Origin: a virus
DNA: 64,000 bases
Reading direction: 5' to 3' (one strand)
IMG/VR virus record: IMGVR_UViG_3300028608_000012
Coordinates: 13,792-77,791 of that record
Every line of letters begins with the position of its first letter. Position 1 is the first letter of the stretch. The position numbers were made by a program, and so were the translations under genes. Positions 10,078 through 21,900 of this stretch are shown here, in pieces. The notes below the pieces were generated by a model that was given only the letters and a program-made list of their open reading frames with translations, was not told the DNA's origin and made no database searches.

Positions 10078-10811
10078 ACAAGGTCCTGGAAATCTATACG
10101 GAGATCGATTGCATCTATGATCCCCGTCGTGGGTTGCTCAGTCTGTTGATGACTCCTGACATCACGGATGACGCTGAACGCGTAAAGCAGGGCAATGCTC
10201 TCTGGGACCTGCACGTTGCTGACAACTACAAGGAACGTCAAATCGACTACTTCAACTACCCGTTCTTCAACATCGATCGGGTCAAGTATGAAGCGGCTTG
10301 GAAGAAGCGTTCCATCAGCGACTGGCTTATGTACTACCCGTCTAACTTCTACAATGACTTCATCCGCACTGTGGTGGAGCTGGAGCAGTTGGACGAGAAA
10401 CCTGTGGCGATCAAGACGGTTAACCTGAACGTTAACACCTTTCCGTATGACTTTGATCAGGCGATGCTGGATGACTTTGTCCTTCATTGCAAAGCTGCGT
10501 TCAAAGGACTGGTGACAGTCAAGACGTTTAAGAGTGATCCGGCTAAAATGGATTCCTTGTACTACAAGCAATTCCGTTATGTATTCAAATACGATTCGCT
10601 GATTGGCGAAGACTCCAGGCTGTTGATTGAATCCCTGGGTAAGAATCCAATCCCGAATACGGCGTTTGTAGTACCTGACATCCTGGCACAGAAGCTCGAC
10701 ACCTTTACTGGTAGTGTTTCTGACTTGATCTTCAGCATGAGCATGTCGTTGGGTACAGCGATTACCCTGGTTCCAATCAAGCACCGGTTCTTCGATTACG
10801 CAGAAGCATAA
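10074..10811 (+). CDS. Hypothetical jumbo-phage protein, possibly HAD-like fold (245 aa)
   Basis: N-terminal IYTEIDCIYDPR resembles HAD motif I. Confidence 0.65.
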   Translation: MNKVLEIYTEIDCIYDPRRGLLSLLMTPDITDDAERVKQGNALWDLHVADNYKERQIDYFNYPFFNIDRVKYEAAWKKRSISDWLMYYPSNFYNDFIRTVVELEQLDEKPVAIKTVNLNVNTFPYDFDQAMLDDFVLHCKAAFKGLVTVKTFKSDPAKMDSLYYKQFRYVFKYDSLIGEDSRLLIESLGKNPIPNTAFVVPDILAQKLDTFTGSVSDLIFSMSMSLGTAITLVPIKHRFFDYAEA

Positions 10812-10822
10812 ACGTCCCGTTA

Positions 10823-10851
10823 CTAGAGTGGAGGCATTGCCTCCACTCTAG
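10823..10851. terminator. Bidirectional hairpin
   Basis: CTAGAGTGGAGGC-ATT-GCCTCCACTCTAG. Confidence 0.85.
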
Positions 10852-10869
10852 CTTTATGCTCGGTTATTT

Positions 10870-11412
10870 TTAAACGGGGTTACCATCTATGTCGACCAAA
10901 GAGTTACCCTGTACGAGTTCTTCTGGCTTGATCGGGGCGATGTCTTTGGCAGCATCCAGCAGGGACTTATTAGGGTCCAGCAAGAACCGCGTCATGTCGA
11001 ATACCGGCAGAGATACCGCACCACTGCTGATGGTCTTCATAGCTTCCAGCATTTCGTTGAAAGCCAGTACGTTGGTTTCGCCTTCTTTCTTTTTGGCTTT
11101 TTCCTTACGGTTATCCCGTACGGTTTTTTCCATGTGCCCGATCAGTGAGCTGACACCTTCCAGAAGAGATGCACTGGACGGCTTAGCCAAATACTGCTGC
11201 ATCGCGTAGTTCAACAGCAGGGCCCGGTTTTGCTGGATCGCTTCTACCAGTTTATTCTGGTCTTCGTCTTCCAGGTCCAGGACCAACGCCTTGCGCAATG
11301 CTTGCATCGCTGCGGCGGCTTCTTCATCCTCGGTCCGGTGCTTCTTATCCAGATCCGAGAGCTTGTCTGCGAATGGGGAAAGCTCTTTTACTGGCTGTTC
11401 GGTAGTGTCCAT
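10870..11412 (-). CDS. Hypothetical protein (180 aa)
   Basis: Helical ORF ending near the hairpin. Confidence 0.7.
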   Translation of the reverse strand: MDTTEQPVKELSPFADKLSDLDKKHRTEDEEAAAAMQALRKALVLDLEDEDQNKLVEAIQQNRALLLNYAMQQYLAKPSSASLLEGVSSLIGHMEKTVRDNRKEKAKKKEGETNVLAFNEMLEAMKTISSGAVSLPVFDMTRFLLDPNKSLLDAAKDIAPIKPEELVQGNSLVDIDGNPV

Positions 11413-11416
11413 AAAT

Positions 11417-11433
11417 TTATAAACCTATATTAC
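11417..11433 (+). promoter_or_regulatory. Putative early (virion RNAP) promoter
   Basis: TTATAAACC-TATATTAC; TATATTAC is the phiKZ early-promoter core. Confidence 0.6.
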
Positions 11434-11464
11434 TAGATTGAGAGAGCAGTAGGAGCATGGTTTC

Positions 11465-12091
11465 ATGATACTAACTAAACGGTCCACACTTCAGCTGCTA
11501 AGCAAACTCCCTATTGTTGGGAAATGGGCACAGCTGGAACACTGTAATCAGTTGTTGGAACAATTCGATGAAGTGCAGAGAGGCTATGGGTCTGCAAAGG
11601 TCCGTTTTATTGACTCTGTGACACTTCTATACGATGCGCTGCTAGAAGTCTGTGTCTTCGAGTTACAGGAAGACTTTGACTGGCTCTATACCCTAGAACT
11701 CAGTGTGTACACACGCACCTCTGGGGATGCTCATAGGCTGTTAGCGGGGCTATCAAGCGGGACCCCCGTCAAGGTGGAAGATTGCTTCCGCAGTTTTGAC
11801 GTGGGTAGGAAGATACCATTCATGGACTGGTATAGCAGTGGTCATACAGCGGCACTCTTCTTTACGTATGGGGTTAACCTGATCAAGCAGTACTGTGAGC
11901 AGCATGCTGAGGAACTCACACCCGAACAGGTTAAGGCGAAGAAGCGTGTTTACAATCCACCACTCGATGCATTCATGACGAGCAAACACTTCAAAATGTT
12001 AACTGAAGACCTAATCGCATTTGCTCGGGTCATGGTGCAATCTCAACAAAGGGTGCTTAATGGAGAAGCCAAAGAAATACCTCAGGGCTAA
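11465..12091 (+). CDS. Hypothetical protein (208 aa)
   Basis: AGGAG RBS; follows the promoter motif. Confidence 0.7.
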   Translation: MILTKRSTLQLLSKLPIVGKWAQLEHCNQLLEQFDEVQRGYGSAKVRFIDSVTLLYDALLEVCVFELQEDFDWLYTLELSVYTRTSGDAHRLLAGLSSGTPVKVEDCFRSFDVGRKIPFMDWYSSGHTAALFFTYGVNLIKQYCEQHAEELTPEQVKAKKRVYNPPLDAFMTSKHFKMLTEDLIAFARVMVQSQQRVLNGEAKEIPQG

Positions 12092-12503
12092 CCAGCTGGA
12101 CAGTATCTCCCACAAGTATGTCGATGACGATCAACTTCAGGACACACCCGCACGGTTGTACCGGAAGCTGTTGCATCAGATGGACATGAACCCACGTAAG
12201 TGGATCAGCTACTTGCGGGATTATCTGGACTGGCGGGTTACTACCACTGATCCTGATAAAGCGAAAGAGGAACGTACCACTCGAACTGGCAACATCAAGG
12301 ACACGTACTTTCAGAAGCCTGGCTTAACGTTTAGCAAGTTTCTGGAAGGACTTTCAATTTTAAGGATGGCTAAGGTGGAGATTATCTTTAAGGTAACCGA
12401 CACTGAAGGCAAGGAATATATCGTGTCAGAGGTGCAGCGGATTGTAGGTAAAGACCGTGCGCAGTTGCCTCCAGTACGTGATGACGAACCTGAAAGTTCT
12501 TGA
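12060..12503 (+). CDS. Hypothetical protein (~147 aa)
   Basis: Likely start ATG 12060; terminator downstream. Confidence 0.7.
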   Translation: MEKPKKYLRANQLDSISHKYVDDDQLQDTPARLYRKLLHQMDMNPRKWISYLRDYLDWRVTTTDPDKAKEERTTRTGNIKDTYFQKPGLTFSKFLEGLSILRMAKVEIIFKVTDTEGKEYIVSEVQRIVGKDRAQLPPVRDDEPESS

Positions 12504-12515
12504 CCGGTACGGTAT

Positions 12516-12561
12516 AGGTGGGGGTCTTCCCCCACCTCAACCTCCTTTATTTTTTTGTTTG
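12516..12561 (+). terminator. Intrinsic terminator
   Basis: AGGTGGGGG-TCTT-CCCCCACCT followed by a T-rich tract. Confidence 0.65.
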
Positions 12562-12574
12562 ATTAGGGGTTCAC

Positions 12575-13681
12575 ATGATGGATTTATTCAGCGGACTGGA
12601 TCTCAGCCCTTCTGTTAGCAATTTCCAGAGTAACACCAACACCGCAATGAAGACGGTCAAGGAGTCTTCTCTGACACCGGCTGACGTAACCACTGCTAAC
12701 CAGAAGCAGGGTGTGGCGTTAAAGACCAGTCGCGATACAGGCGTATTGGGTACAATCTCCGAATACCGCTCTACGGCCGTAGAACAACTCAACGGTATCA
12801 TTGGTGACCTGTCGGGTGGTTTCCTTAACTTCAAGGACCTCACCAAGAGTATCCGGATGGGGCCTGATGGCATAACCTTCAGTGACAGCGCGATCATCCA
12901 GGCAGTAACGGGTGCAGCAGGCTACAAGGTTAGCGGTCAAAGCGGTGCGGCCCGTGCGTTGTCGTCTGAGCTGGCCAACCAGTTCAAGAAGATCACTGGC
13001 TTGAACATCAGCAGTATCCTGACCACTAACGGTACCAAGTTCCGGGTCAATGATAACTGGCGTGGGCAGTTGGGGAAACAGACCCTGAACATGCTCGGTA
13101 AGGCAGCTGGTCTTGATGACTTGCTGGACACCAGTGTTAAAGGGGCCTTCTACAACAGCGTACTGAAGAATGCGGCTATCTTCGGTATGTCGGATAGCTA
13201 CCGCAAGATCTGGGACTCTTACCCGAAAGGGTTTGACATGATCCGTCGAGATGCTGCCATTGAAGCCATGCAGGACGTGATCACCAACGGTGACGTTGAA
13301 TCCATGGATGAGATGCTCAAGCTGTTCGACACTCAAACCAAGAACGTATTGCTGGGCAAATACCCACGGTTCGTTTCGACGTTGTTCAGCAACTTCAAGT
13401 TCGACAAGACCGCTATCCCGGAAGAGTACCCGATCATCCGTGGTAAGTTGTTGGCTATTCTGACTGAACTGATCGGACCGGAATGGTACCTGAAGCAAAC
13501 TTACTTCGGTAAGGTACTGGACCTCGGGTTGATGAATGCTGCAAGTCGTGACCTGATCAAGTTGCTACAACCGGTGGATGAATTGGTTCCCCTGTTGTGT
13601 ACGGCAGGCATGTTCCACGACCAGTCAGCCTTGGTACAGTTGCGTGGTCAATTCCCTGGTGCTGCAAAGTACGCCTTCTAA
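12575..13681 (+). CDS. Putative virion structural protein (368 aa)
   Basis: Long ORF; S/T/G-rich N-terminal half; next to the tail module. Confidence 0.6.
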   Translation: MMDLFSGLDLSPSVSNFQSNTNTAMKTVKESSLTPADVTTANQKQGVALKTSRDTGVLGTISEYRSTAVEQLNGIIGDLSGGFLNFKDLTKSIRMGPDGITFSDSAIIQAVTGAAGYKVSGQSGAARALSSELANQFKKITGLNISSILTTNGTKFRVNDNWRGQLGKQTLNMLGKAAGLDDLLDTSVKGAFYNSVLKNAAIFGMSDSYRKIWDSYPKGFDMIRRDAAIEAMQDVITNGDVESMDEMLKLFDTQTKNVLLGKYPRFVSTLFSNFKFDKTAIPEEYPIIRGKLLAILTELIGPEWYLKQTYFGKVLDLGLMNAASRDLIKLLQPVDELVPLLCTAGMFHDQSALVQLRGQFPGAAKYAF

Positions 13682-13689
13682 ACACGCTT

Positions 13690-13725
13690 TAACCCCTCCT
13701 ACCCTTTGCGGGGTAGGAGGGGTTA
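13690..13725. terminator. Bidirectional hairpin, related to the hairpin at 42141
   Basis: TAACCCCTCCTACCC-TTTGCG-GGGTAGGAGGGGTTA. Confidence 0.85.
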
Positions 13726-13743
13726 TAGTTACCACTAAGTTTT

Positions 13744-15918
13744 TTATCGGGCCATCGGTCTTACAAAGATGCGTGCCAGGTCGCCCACGATCGAATCGTT
13801 CACCTTGGCTGCAATGTTGTCAGCCCGGATACTTTGTTTCATGTCGAGGACAATGCCTGTCAGGTTACGGTTGAGACGTGCGTACTTCATCACGGTGTCG
13901 AGGTAGTCAACACCGGTCAAACGAGACAGGTAGTTGTTGTAAGCCGTATCGTCGTTGAACAAACGGTTCGCTACCTGAGACGGGTTGGTGGCATCCAGCA
14001 AGCTGATAGAGCGGTCAACTGGAACGGTGATCAACGGCTCAAGGTCAACGATGGTGAAGTCGATCTTGATGTTCAGTGGCTTACGATCCAGAGTCCAACC
14101 ACCGTCACCCGAACCAATGGTAAAGCTCAGGCTTTCCATCATGCCAGTACGAATGATCGAACGGGACTTACAGAAAGCTTTCAGCATGAACGGCGAGGTG
14201 TAGGTCGAACCACCCGCAGAGTTCGGAGCCACCATCGGCAGGAACAACGCCAGCAATACCCAGATCTTCATGATCTGTTCGTAAGGGTGGGCGTAGTTAC
14301 AGTTGGACGAGATCGAGTAGTTCTCCTTATGCAGGTTAGTCGTCGAACCGTCCCAGTGGTCAGCGATCTTCACGTAGCTGTTGTTCACCAGCGCCAGCGG
14401 GATGTTACCGATCACAGTACCAGACAGAGCACCGATTGCACCGTCTTTAAGGGTGTTCACAACGGTGTCGATGATACCGATACCCGTTGCACCACCAGCC
14501 ACGTCAAAGCGGAAGTCGTTCGCTGCCTTAACCACCGAGTTGAACTTCTCAGCCATAGGGGACGGAGAATGGCTGTTGGAGAAGCTGTCCGTTACAGGAC
14601 CCACGCCGCCATCAACACGGAAGGTGATTGCATCGAGACCGCCAGAGAACGCTGTCTGCACCAAGTCGGCTACGTCGCCTGCCCAGGTACGGTCGTTAGG
14701 GTTGTCTTCATACGAGATGGTTTGCCCACTCGCAATGGCCTCGTTACCCCCGGTGTATGACGAAGCAGGTTGTGGACGGGTAGAACTCTGGTTAGGGTTG
14801 ATCCCCGGCGTAGCACCCGGCGCACCTTGGCTGGAGTTCTCCATCCCAGTGCTTGAACCCGCAGTAGCACCAGTACCAGCACCGCCACCACTTAGATCGT
14901 CGACCTGTTCCTTAAAGCCGTTGTTGACGTTCTTGTAGGCTGATTCGTTGGCATACGCACTGTCCTGCTCAACAAACTTACCTTCATCCTCACCACGGTA
15001 CTTACTGACCGAGTTCATTTCCTTCTCAATAAACTCTTGAGTTGGATCACCTGCCCAAACAGTGTCATCGAAAGTAACTTCTTCCATGAGCTGTTGAGCG
15101 CGGTCGAACTTCTGGTCCGGTGTGGTCAGCGCCTCGTTATCCATCGCTGCCAGTTTATTCAACATGACACGGTGTTTACGAGTACCCTTCATGATCAACC
15201 GCATTAGGTCGATCGTGCCGTCGGCGTTGATAACGTCAGGCATCAGCAGGCTCATGTCCGCCACAGCCTTGCTGTTATCGTAATCAGGCTTACGGCCGTA
15301 CAGACCGTCAGTTTGTTCCTGGGTACGCTTAGGCAACACTGGATCGATGTAACCCAGCTTAACCATGAGGTCGTTGAGGATACCCGTGGCCGCCATGGTG
15401 TACGCACCCATCGCTGGCTTACAAGTCCAGAAGTTGTTCTTCGGTGCATCCGTCAGGAACGACAGGAACTGAATGCCGATGCTGATCAACTGCATAGGCC
15501 AGAAGGCAATAGCGGTAGCCGCCTGTCCCATGTAGAACGCCAATCCAGGAGCACGACCTTTGTTAGCAATGATCGCAGCAGAAGGGCTGAACATGTTGGT
15601 AATGAAACTGAGCAAACCAGCAAACTGCGGAACGCTCGGTGTCAGGGTCAATAGGGTAACGTTGTTTTCGTATACCTCTTTGTACATGCTTCCCATACCA
15701 CCCTCAGACGAATTCAAGAATCGACTGTAACGAGGGTCGGTGGCTGGGCTGCTTTGGGGAATAGGGTTAACGTAGCGGTTATCACCTGTTGCGCTGCTAA
15801 ACACGTTGAAGTAACGATCCCAGTCCATTTGCTGTAACAGGTCGCTGGGTTGGACACCACGTGTAAGCAAACGAAACGACTTGGTGATAATGTCGCGATC
15901 TCGAACACTTACGGTCAT
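13744..15918 (-). CDS. Virion tail/baseplate-associated protein (phiKZ gp182-like, 724 aa)
   Basis: Directly downstream of the giant tail protein gene; size and position. Confidence 0.7.
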   Translation of the reverse strand: MTVSVRDRDIITKSFRLLTRGVQPSDLLQQMDWDRYFNVFSSATGDNRYVNPIPQSSPATDPRYSRFLNSSEGGMGSMYKEVYENNVTLLTLTPSVPQFAGLLSFITNMFSPSAAIIANKGRAPGLAFYMGQAATAIAFWPMQLISIGIQFLSFLTDAPKNNFWTCKPAMGAYTMAATGILNDLMVKLGYIDPVLPKRTQEQTDGLYGRKPDYDNSKAVADMSLLMPDVINADGTIDLMRLIMKGTRKHRVMLNKLAAMDNEALTTPDQKFDRAQQLMEEVTFDDTVWAGDPTQEFIEKEMNSVSKYRGEDEGKFVEQDSAYANESAYKNVNNGFKEQVDDLSGGGAGTGATAGSSTGMENSSQGAPGATPGINPNQSSTRPQPASSYTGGNEAIASGQTISYEDNPNDRTWAGDVADLVQTAFSGGLDAITFRVDGGVGPVTDSFSNSHSPSPMAEKFNSVVKAANDFRFDVAGGATGIGIIDTVVNTLKDGAIGALSGTVIGNIPLALVNNSYVKIADHWDGSTTNLHKENYSISSNCNYAHPYEQIMKIWVLLALFLPMVAPNSAGGSTYTSPFMLKAFCKSRSIIRTGMMESLSFTIGSGDGGWTLDRKPLNIKIDFTIVDLEPLITVPVDRSISLLDATNPSQVANRLFNDDTAYNNYLSRLTGVDYLDTVMKYARLNRNLTGIVLDMKQSIRADNIAAKVNDSIVGDLARIFVRPMAR

Positions 15919-15937
15919 TGATAAATACTCGGCTTGT

Positions 15938-15976
15938 GAAAATAAAAAAGAGAAGGTGGGAGTGACCCCACCCTCT
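15938..15976 (-). terminator. Intrinsic terminator after the giant tail gene
   Basis: GGTGGG/CCCACC stem with a minus-strand T-tract. Confidence 0.6.
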
Positions 15977-15982
15977 GTAACA

Positions 15983-18900
15983 TCAGATGTTTACGCTGTT
16001 AGGCGCAGGCTCTGAGTTCTTAGCCATCTTCTCTAGGAGAGCATGGATACCCGCCAACAGTTGGTTCGTGTCGCTCTGCTTACTCACACCCTCCTCCGTA
16101 GTGGTGGTGAGTTTCGCCATCAAGCCACCCGGATCGGCAGGTTTCTCCGCTTCCGGAACTTGTACACGAGGTACTGGCTTGTATGGTTCAGGCGCCAGCT
16201 GGGCACTTGGCTGTGGAACAGCGCTAGGGCCAGCAACAGGACCTTGTGGGTTAGCAGTTGGACCACCTGGTTGTCCAGGCAATGGCAGGGAAGTATAAGG
16301 TCCAGGGATTGCCCCTCCACCTGCTCCCGGCGCAACTTGAGCACCCCCGCCTTCTGCTGGGGCGTTGCTTTTCATTGCTGGTGTTGGAACGGTCGTTGTA
16401 TCTGGCGGAGCAGAAGGCATCTGACCTGGATCGTACTGCTGATCCTTTTCAGTTACCGTACCACCCGCTGTTGTGTCCTGACCGGCTGGTTGTTCAGCAC
16501 CAGACGCTTGTGCGAACTTATCCGCTGCTTCCTTGGTCTTGAAGCCCACATGCACGTGACCGCCAGTAGCACCAGCCGAAGCCTTAGCGTACTCGTCGAT
16601 CAGAAGGAACTCACTAGGCGCCATGTTGGCCGACCGCAGAATCCCCATCACGACAGCCATCCCCACCCTGGCACCGGCCGCGCCGTTGGTCAGAGTAAAG
16701 TCTAGCGCCAGCCCTTGAGCATGCTTGGAGTTGGGCTTCTTGTTTTTGTGGAACGCGTCGTTCAACGCAGAGAAGTAACGGAAGTTAGGGCACTTACTCT
16801 GGATCAGTTGAGCCAGACGGATAATACCAGGGTGAGCGTTACCGCCCGCAATGGCCTCTCCTGACTTCAACCGCAAGCCACTCGAGTTAATACCTGCCCC
16901 GCCACCTACCAGAGAACCAGGTTCACTAGGAGCCTCGTTACCGTAGTTGCCACTGTAATCTCCGCCACCGCCACCGGGAGCCATCAGACTTGGAGGAGTC
17001 CCGTAGGAACCACCGCCGCCGCCGCTAGCAGCACCGGCTGCGTTACGCGAACCGCCGCCTGGAGCCACACCGATCGGCGGAGTAGTACCGCCACCAATGG
17101 TTGGACCAGCAGGAGCACCATACATACCACCAGCACCCTGAGAAGGCGCAGCATTGGTACCCTGTGCAGCAGCATCATCCGCTTTCAACTGACCGCTTTG
17201 CAATTGCTTCAAGTAGTCAGTGTAGAGCTGGAAGCGCTTAGGCATCCCCGGCAGTTCGTTACCACCATTCAAGCCAGTGGCTGCACGACCGAAGTTACCG
17301 TCCTGCGTGATGCTTTGCAGCAGCTTGCTGTTTTTGTAGAAGTTAACCGCAATAGCAGCCATGACGTTTGGATCGTTAGACGCCAGCTCTGGATTGTTCA
17401 CCAGGTCAATGCCCAGTTGTTGTCCAATGCGAGCGTACATTGACCGACCCGTCAGTTGTACCAAGCCACGACCGCGATACTTCCACCCATCTCCCGGTGC
17501 CACGTTACCGATCGACTGCCCCTTACCGCCACCGTAAACAGTGTTGGCGATAGCTACGGGACCTGCCGCGATAAGCGCACGCGCCTGTGGCAGGCTGGTA
17601 ACTTCCCTGAACGTCTTCACCAGGTTTTCAGGTGTGGAGTAGTTCATGTTCTCTACGGTACGGCTGTAACCGCCGGTCTCGTAGTTGGTAAGTGCCAACA
17701 TCTCAGCAATCGCACGAGGATCCGTAAACCCTTGTTTCAACATCTCGCGAATGATGAGCTGCTCTGCCAACGACTTAGGTACCTTAACCCCGTTGTCCTT
17801 CCCGTCGGCTTGTTGCACACCACTGAGGTCCAGGTGACTGGTGTCGCTGTCGCCTGTTAGCGGTGCATAGCCGTAGGAGTTGCCAGGGGTCTGATAAGTA
17901 CCGCCAAGCCCAAAGGTGTTGCCCGTACCAGAACCACGGCCGGTACTCGTACCAAACTGTCCACCGAGCGCAACGTCACGGCTGGTTTTAGCCTTGCTCA
18001 CGTCATCGACGTTTGCCCGTTTCGTTGTAAAGTCACCACCCGTCTTGTGAGGGGAGATGGTCGTAGCCCAAGCTTGAGTGTTGGTTTTACCGGCTTCCTT
18101 CTCTGGATCCTTCAGCTTAGCCGTTGTACTGGCTTCCCCGAGCACAGCCAGCATCCGGTCTACCCGGTCTGGTTTACCTGGAGATACCGAGTCCTTAAAC
18201 GGCGCAGCCCTGACTACCCAGATCGGCACCAGCGTCGATTTATTGATCTCGACCTTAGTCTCTACCAGCCCACGAGCGATTTCATACCGAGCAGTTACCG
18301 ACAGCGTACGCCACACCACCCCAGGGTTACCACGGCGGTAGTTTTGTACCAGGTTGAAGTAGTTGATGAGGACTGGCATGAAACGGTCTTTAAACCACTT
18401 ACACCAGTTGTCCGCATCTCCTGCATCCAGACGGAAGGCTTCCTTGAACAGGCCAAACACATCACCGACTTGACCGTTGAACTTAGCACCCCCTTCACCG
18501 ATGGTCATCAGGGATTCGCAGTAGCGTTCCAGTCTCAGAACGGCATCCACACGCCAGGTCATATCCAGGTCGTTACCGTAGCACGCCAAACGAATACCAG
18601 TGAGCATATCCACCGGACGGTCGTCAGGCAGCAAGTCCTTAATAAAGACCTGCGACGCCACCACACCTACCTTGTAGTTGCTGTTCAACTGCGCCAGCTG
18701 GCTATTCACCTCATTCAGACGAGTTTGTGCTTTGATTACAGTCTGCAACTTTTCATTGCTATCAAAGAACCCACGAGGTGCGTCTACCTGCGCTTGCAAC
18801 GCAGACTGTTCCTTCTTCAGCGCATCCACACCTACAGGCATAGCCACCGGTGCATTTTCAGCCACGCCATCGGTTTTACGGTCGATGTACTTCTTCAGCT

Positions 18901-21900
18901 CTTCCAGCAAGTTGTTGCAACGGACGACTGTAGCCTTCTCACCCAAGATAGGGGTTTCCGGATCGATCTTGGCGCTAATCGAGTACGGGAACGGCATCAC
19001 CGAACCGAGGGTCTGGTGAACCTGCTTGGCTACCTTGTAGACGTCCTGACTCACCGCATCGTCATACTCCTTTAACGACTTCATCTTGACAACGTCGAGA
19101 CAAGCCATGTAGGTCATGAAGACGGGTTTGAAACGACCGTTGAACCAGCTGAACACACTGCCCGCTTGTTGCTTGTCTTTAGGGTCGGTGATAAAGGCAT
19201 TGAGGACTTCTTGAAGTGGAGCATCTTTGGACAACGATGCGCGACCGTTACCGATCACAACGAAGTCTTTCAGTTTCTCCTCGATCTGCACGATCTTCTT
19301 CGCGAGGTCACTATCAGGATCAGACACACCGTACTGAGTCATCCGGAGTTCGTACTGCTTACCCGAACCACGTTTAACGTAGCGGTAGATCCCGTAGCCA
19401 ATTGCACCTACTGCAAGCACACCCAAAGTAACTGGGTTAAACAGCAGTGGAGCCGCCATCCCCCAACCAGCCGACAATGCAGTACCGGCACCCGCCGCAA
19501 GAGCACCCACACCGATGTCCACACCAGCAGCCGCAGCCACGCCAGTGGCCACCTGGTAAGCACCTACCACGTTAGTGGCCGTTGCTACGGTGTCACCCAG
19601 CGACTCCAGCGCTCCACCCTCGTCGATCATTCCGGAACTAACCAGAGCATCGACACCCAAACCAACCGCCATACCGGCACCCAGTTTCCAAGCACCCTTC
19701 CCTACACGCCCACCAGGGGTCTTACGACCAGCTTCACGTGCAGCACGTTCTTCTTTGGTACGCTTCTTCCCACGCAGTTGGTCAAAGGCATCAGCACCTG
19801 CGCTAGTGACACTGCGAGTGCGGATCAGTGTAAACAGACCCTTGGCAATGGCACCAATCCCCGTGGCGATAAATGGCAGCGTCTTGATACCGATACTGGC
19901 AAAACTGCCCAGCGTCTTGAAGCTGTTCCACCACGAACCCATGAAGAACGAAGAGAGACCAGCGATACCACCGGCAATTGCACCCAGTCCGTCTTTCAAC
20001 AGGCCGAAGATACCGGTGCGCTCTTTCTTCTCTTTCTCACCCTTCTTACCGAAGAACCCCATGCCCTTGCTCATACTGATCAAGGCATCTTTGGCGTCAC
20101 TGTCTTTCTTCTTCTCGGCCTTTTCCAGCTTATCGGCACGAGAGTTAAGACGGTTGTTCTCTTCAGGTTGTTCACCCAGTTGCTCGCGAACACGAGCCTT
20201 GATACCTTCTTCCACAGAGCCGAGGAACTTATCCTTAGGTCGAGTATCTTCCGTCTCCCGACGTTCCACTTCCTCTGGACTTACCAAAGGTTGTTGCGAA
20301 GCCTGAGGAATTTCCAGGCGATCGTGAACAACTTTGTTTTCCTCGTACTTCTTGTAGGCAGACTGCTTGAGCTTGATCTTCAGCTTCGGAGGCTTAACAC
20401 CAGACTCAGGCACTTCTACCATATCGCCGCTCGGTGGAACAACCGAGGTAACAGGTGGAAGCTCCAGCTCAGCGTAACCCCAGTGCTTCAGCAGCAAGTG
20501 GTAGATACGGTCGACTGAGTTGACGATCGGACTGTAGTCGGCCTTGAGAGCCTTTACAGTGGCGTCCTTAGCCTTAATGAGACCAGGCATTGCCTTGGCA
20601 CGCGCTTTGTTGAACAGGTCAAGACCAAAGACGCCCAGTTTCTTGCTAGCATCGCCCAGCTTGTTGATGCTCACACCCATCGAGGTTTTCAGACCACGGT
20701 CGTATTCCTCTTGGGTAATGATGACCTCACCGTCCTTGTCATAGACCGGACCCTCGATCTCATGCCAGCCTGTCAACTGAACCGCAGTACCGTCTTCACC
20801 ACGTTTCCAGTAAGCACCAGCAGCAAAACGTTTGCCTACCAACACCGGAGAGCTGTCGCCCTCTTTGTAAACGTCCATCTGGTGGAAACGGTTAACGATC
20901 TTGTTCTTCAGACCTACAGCACGCCCAAACGGATCGACCCACTTAAACGCCTTGATTGCGAGCGAGCGGATCTTGCTCAAACCGCTGAGAAGAACTTCTT
21001 TGTTCTCTTTGGTGAAGAGCTTAGCCGACAGACGACGAGCACCAATGATGGTTTTCGTCACACCGTCTCGAACGCTACCAGAGATCTGCTTCCACGACGT
21101 GATGAGGAATCCTTTCGTTGCATCGTAGTAGTCCTGGTTCGCCAGCTTGTGCGCTTCGAGGATTGGGGTATCAGAACCTTCCTCGTAGAGATCTTCGCTG
21201 TCCAGTGGGTCTCTGGCTTTCGCCATGGCGTGGTACTTGCTGTAAGCCAAAGCCACCGCAGCACCACCGCCTAACAGCGCAGCCGCTTTAGGGTCATGCA
21301 GGGCATAGGTAGCCAAGCCACCCAACAGACCACCCAACACCAACGGCTGGTTATCCAGCAGTTTACCCACGCCCTTGTTGAACATGTCCTTCAGGTTGGT
21401 TGCCTTCAGACGGTCAATGATCGAACGCTTACCGGCGTTCTCGTCACGTACCTCTTCAGAGGTCTTCGGGACGCCACCGGTTGGCTGGCTGTTGAGGATA
21501 CGAGTCAGGAGATCATTACGCTCACCCCCCATCTCTACCAGACGCTTAACCTGTTCGTTGAGACTGTCCATCCCTGCGGTTACAGGAGTCAGGTCCAGCA
21601 GCTGGCTCATTGGGTTACTAGGACCCATGTTGGCAAACGCGTTCTTCAAATCACCCATGCTAGCCAGTGATTCAGTCAGCTTGTCCATCCCCTGAACCTT
21701 GATGCCCTCTGGAGCGGCTTCATCAGGGATTACAGGCGTTCTGTTGCCGAAGGTCGGCACAGTGTAGGGGAAGCCACCGAAACCGCCTGAGCGAGTTGGC
21801 AGAGGCGCACGATCAGGGATCTGTTCACGTGTACGACGGTTAGGGTCAGCAATGAACTTACCCATCACGTCCCACATCATTTCCATGTTGACATCATCAC

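Noticed and set aside
16984-17178. Hydrophobic 64-aa alternative-frame ORF in the giant tail gene (also 14670-14891 and 16120-16344)
   Set aside because: Explained by GCT/GGT runs of Gly/Ala linkers read out of frame; no convincing RBS, and host-frame codons are normal, unlike at 26671.
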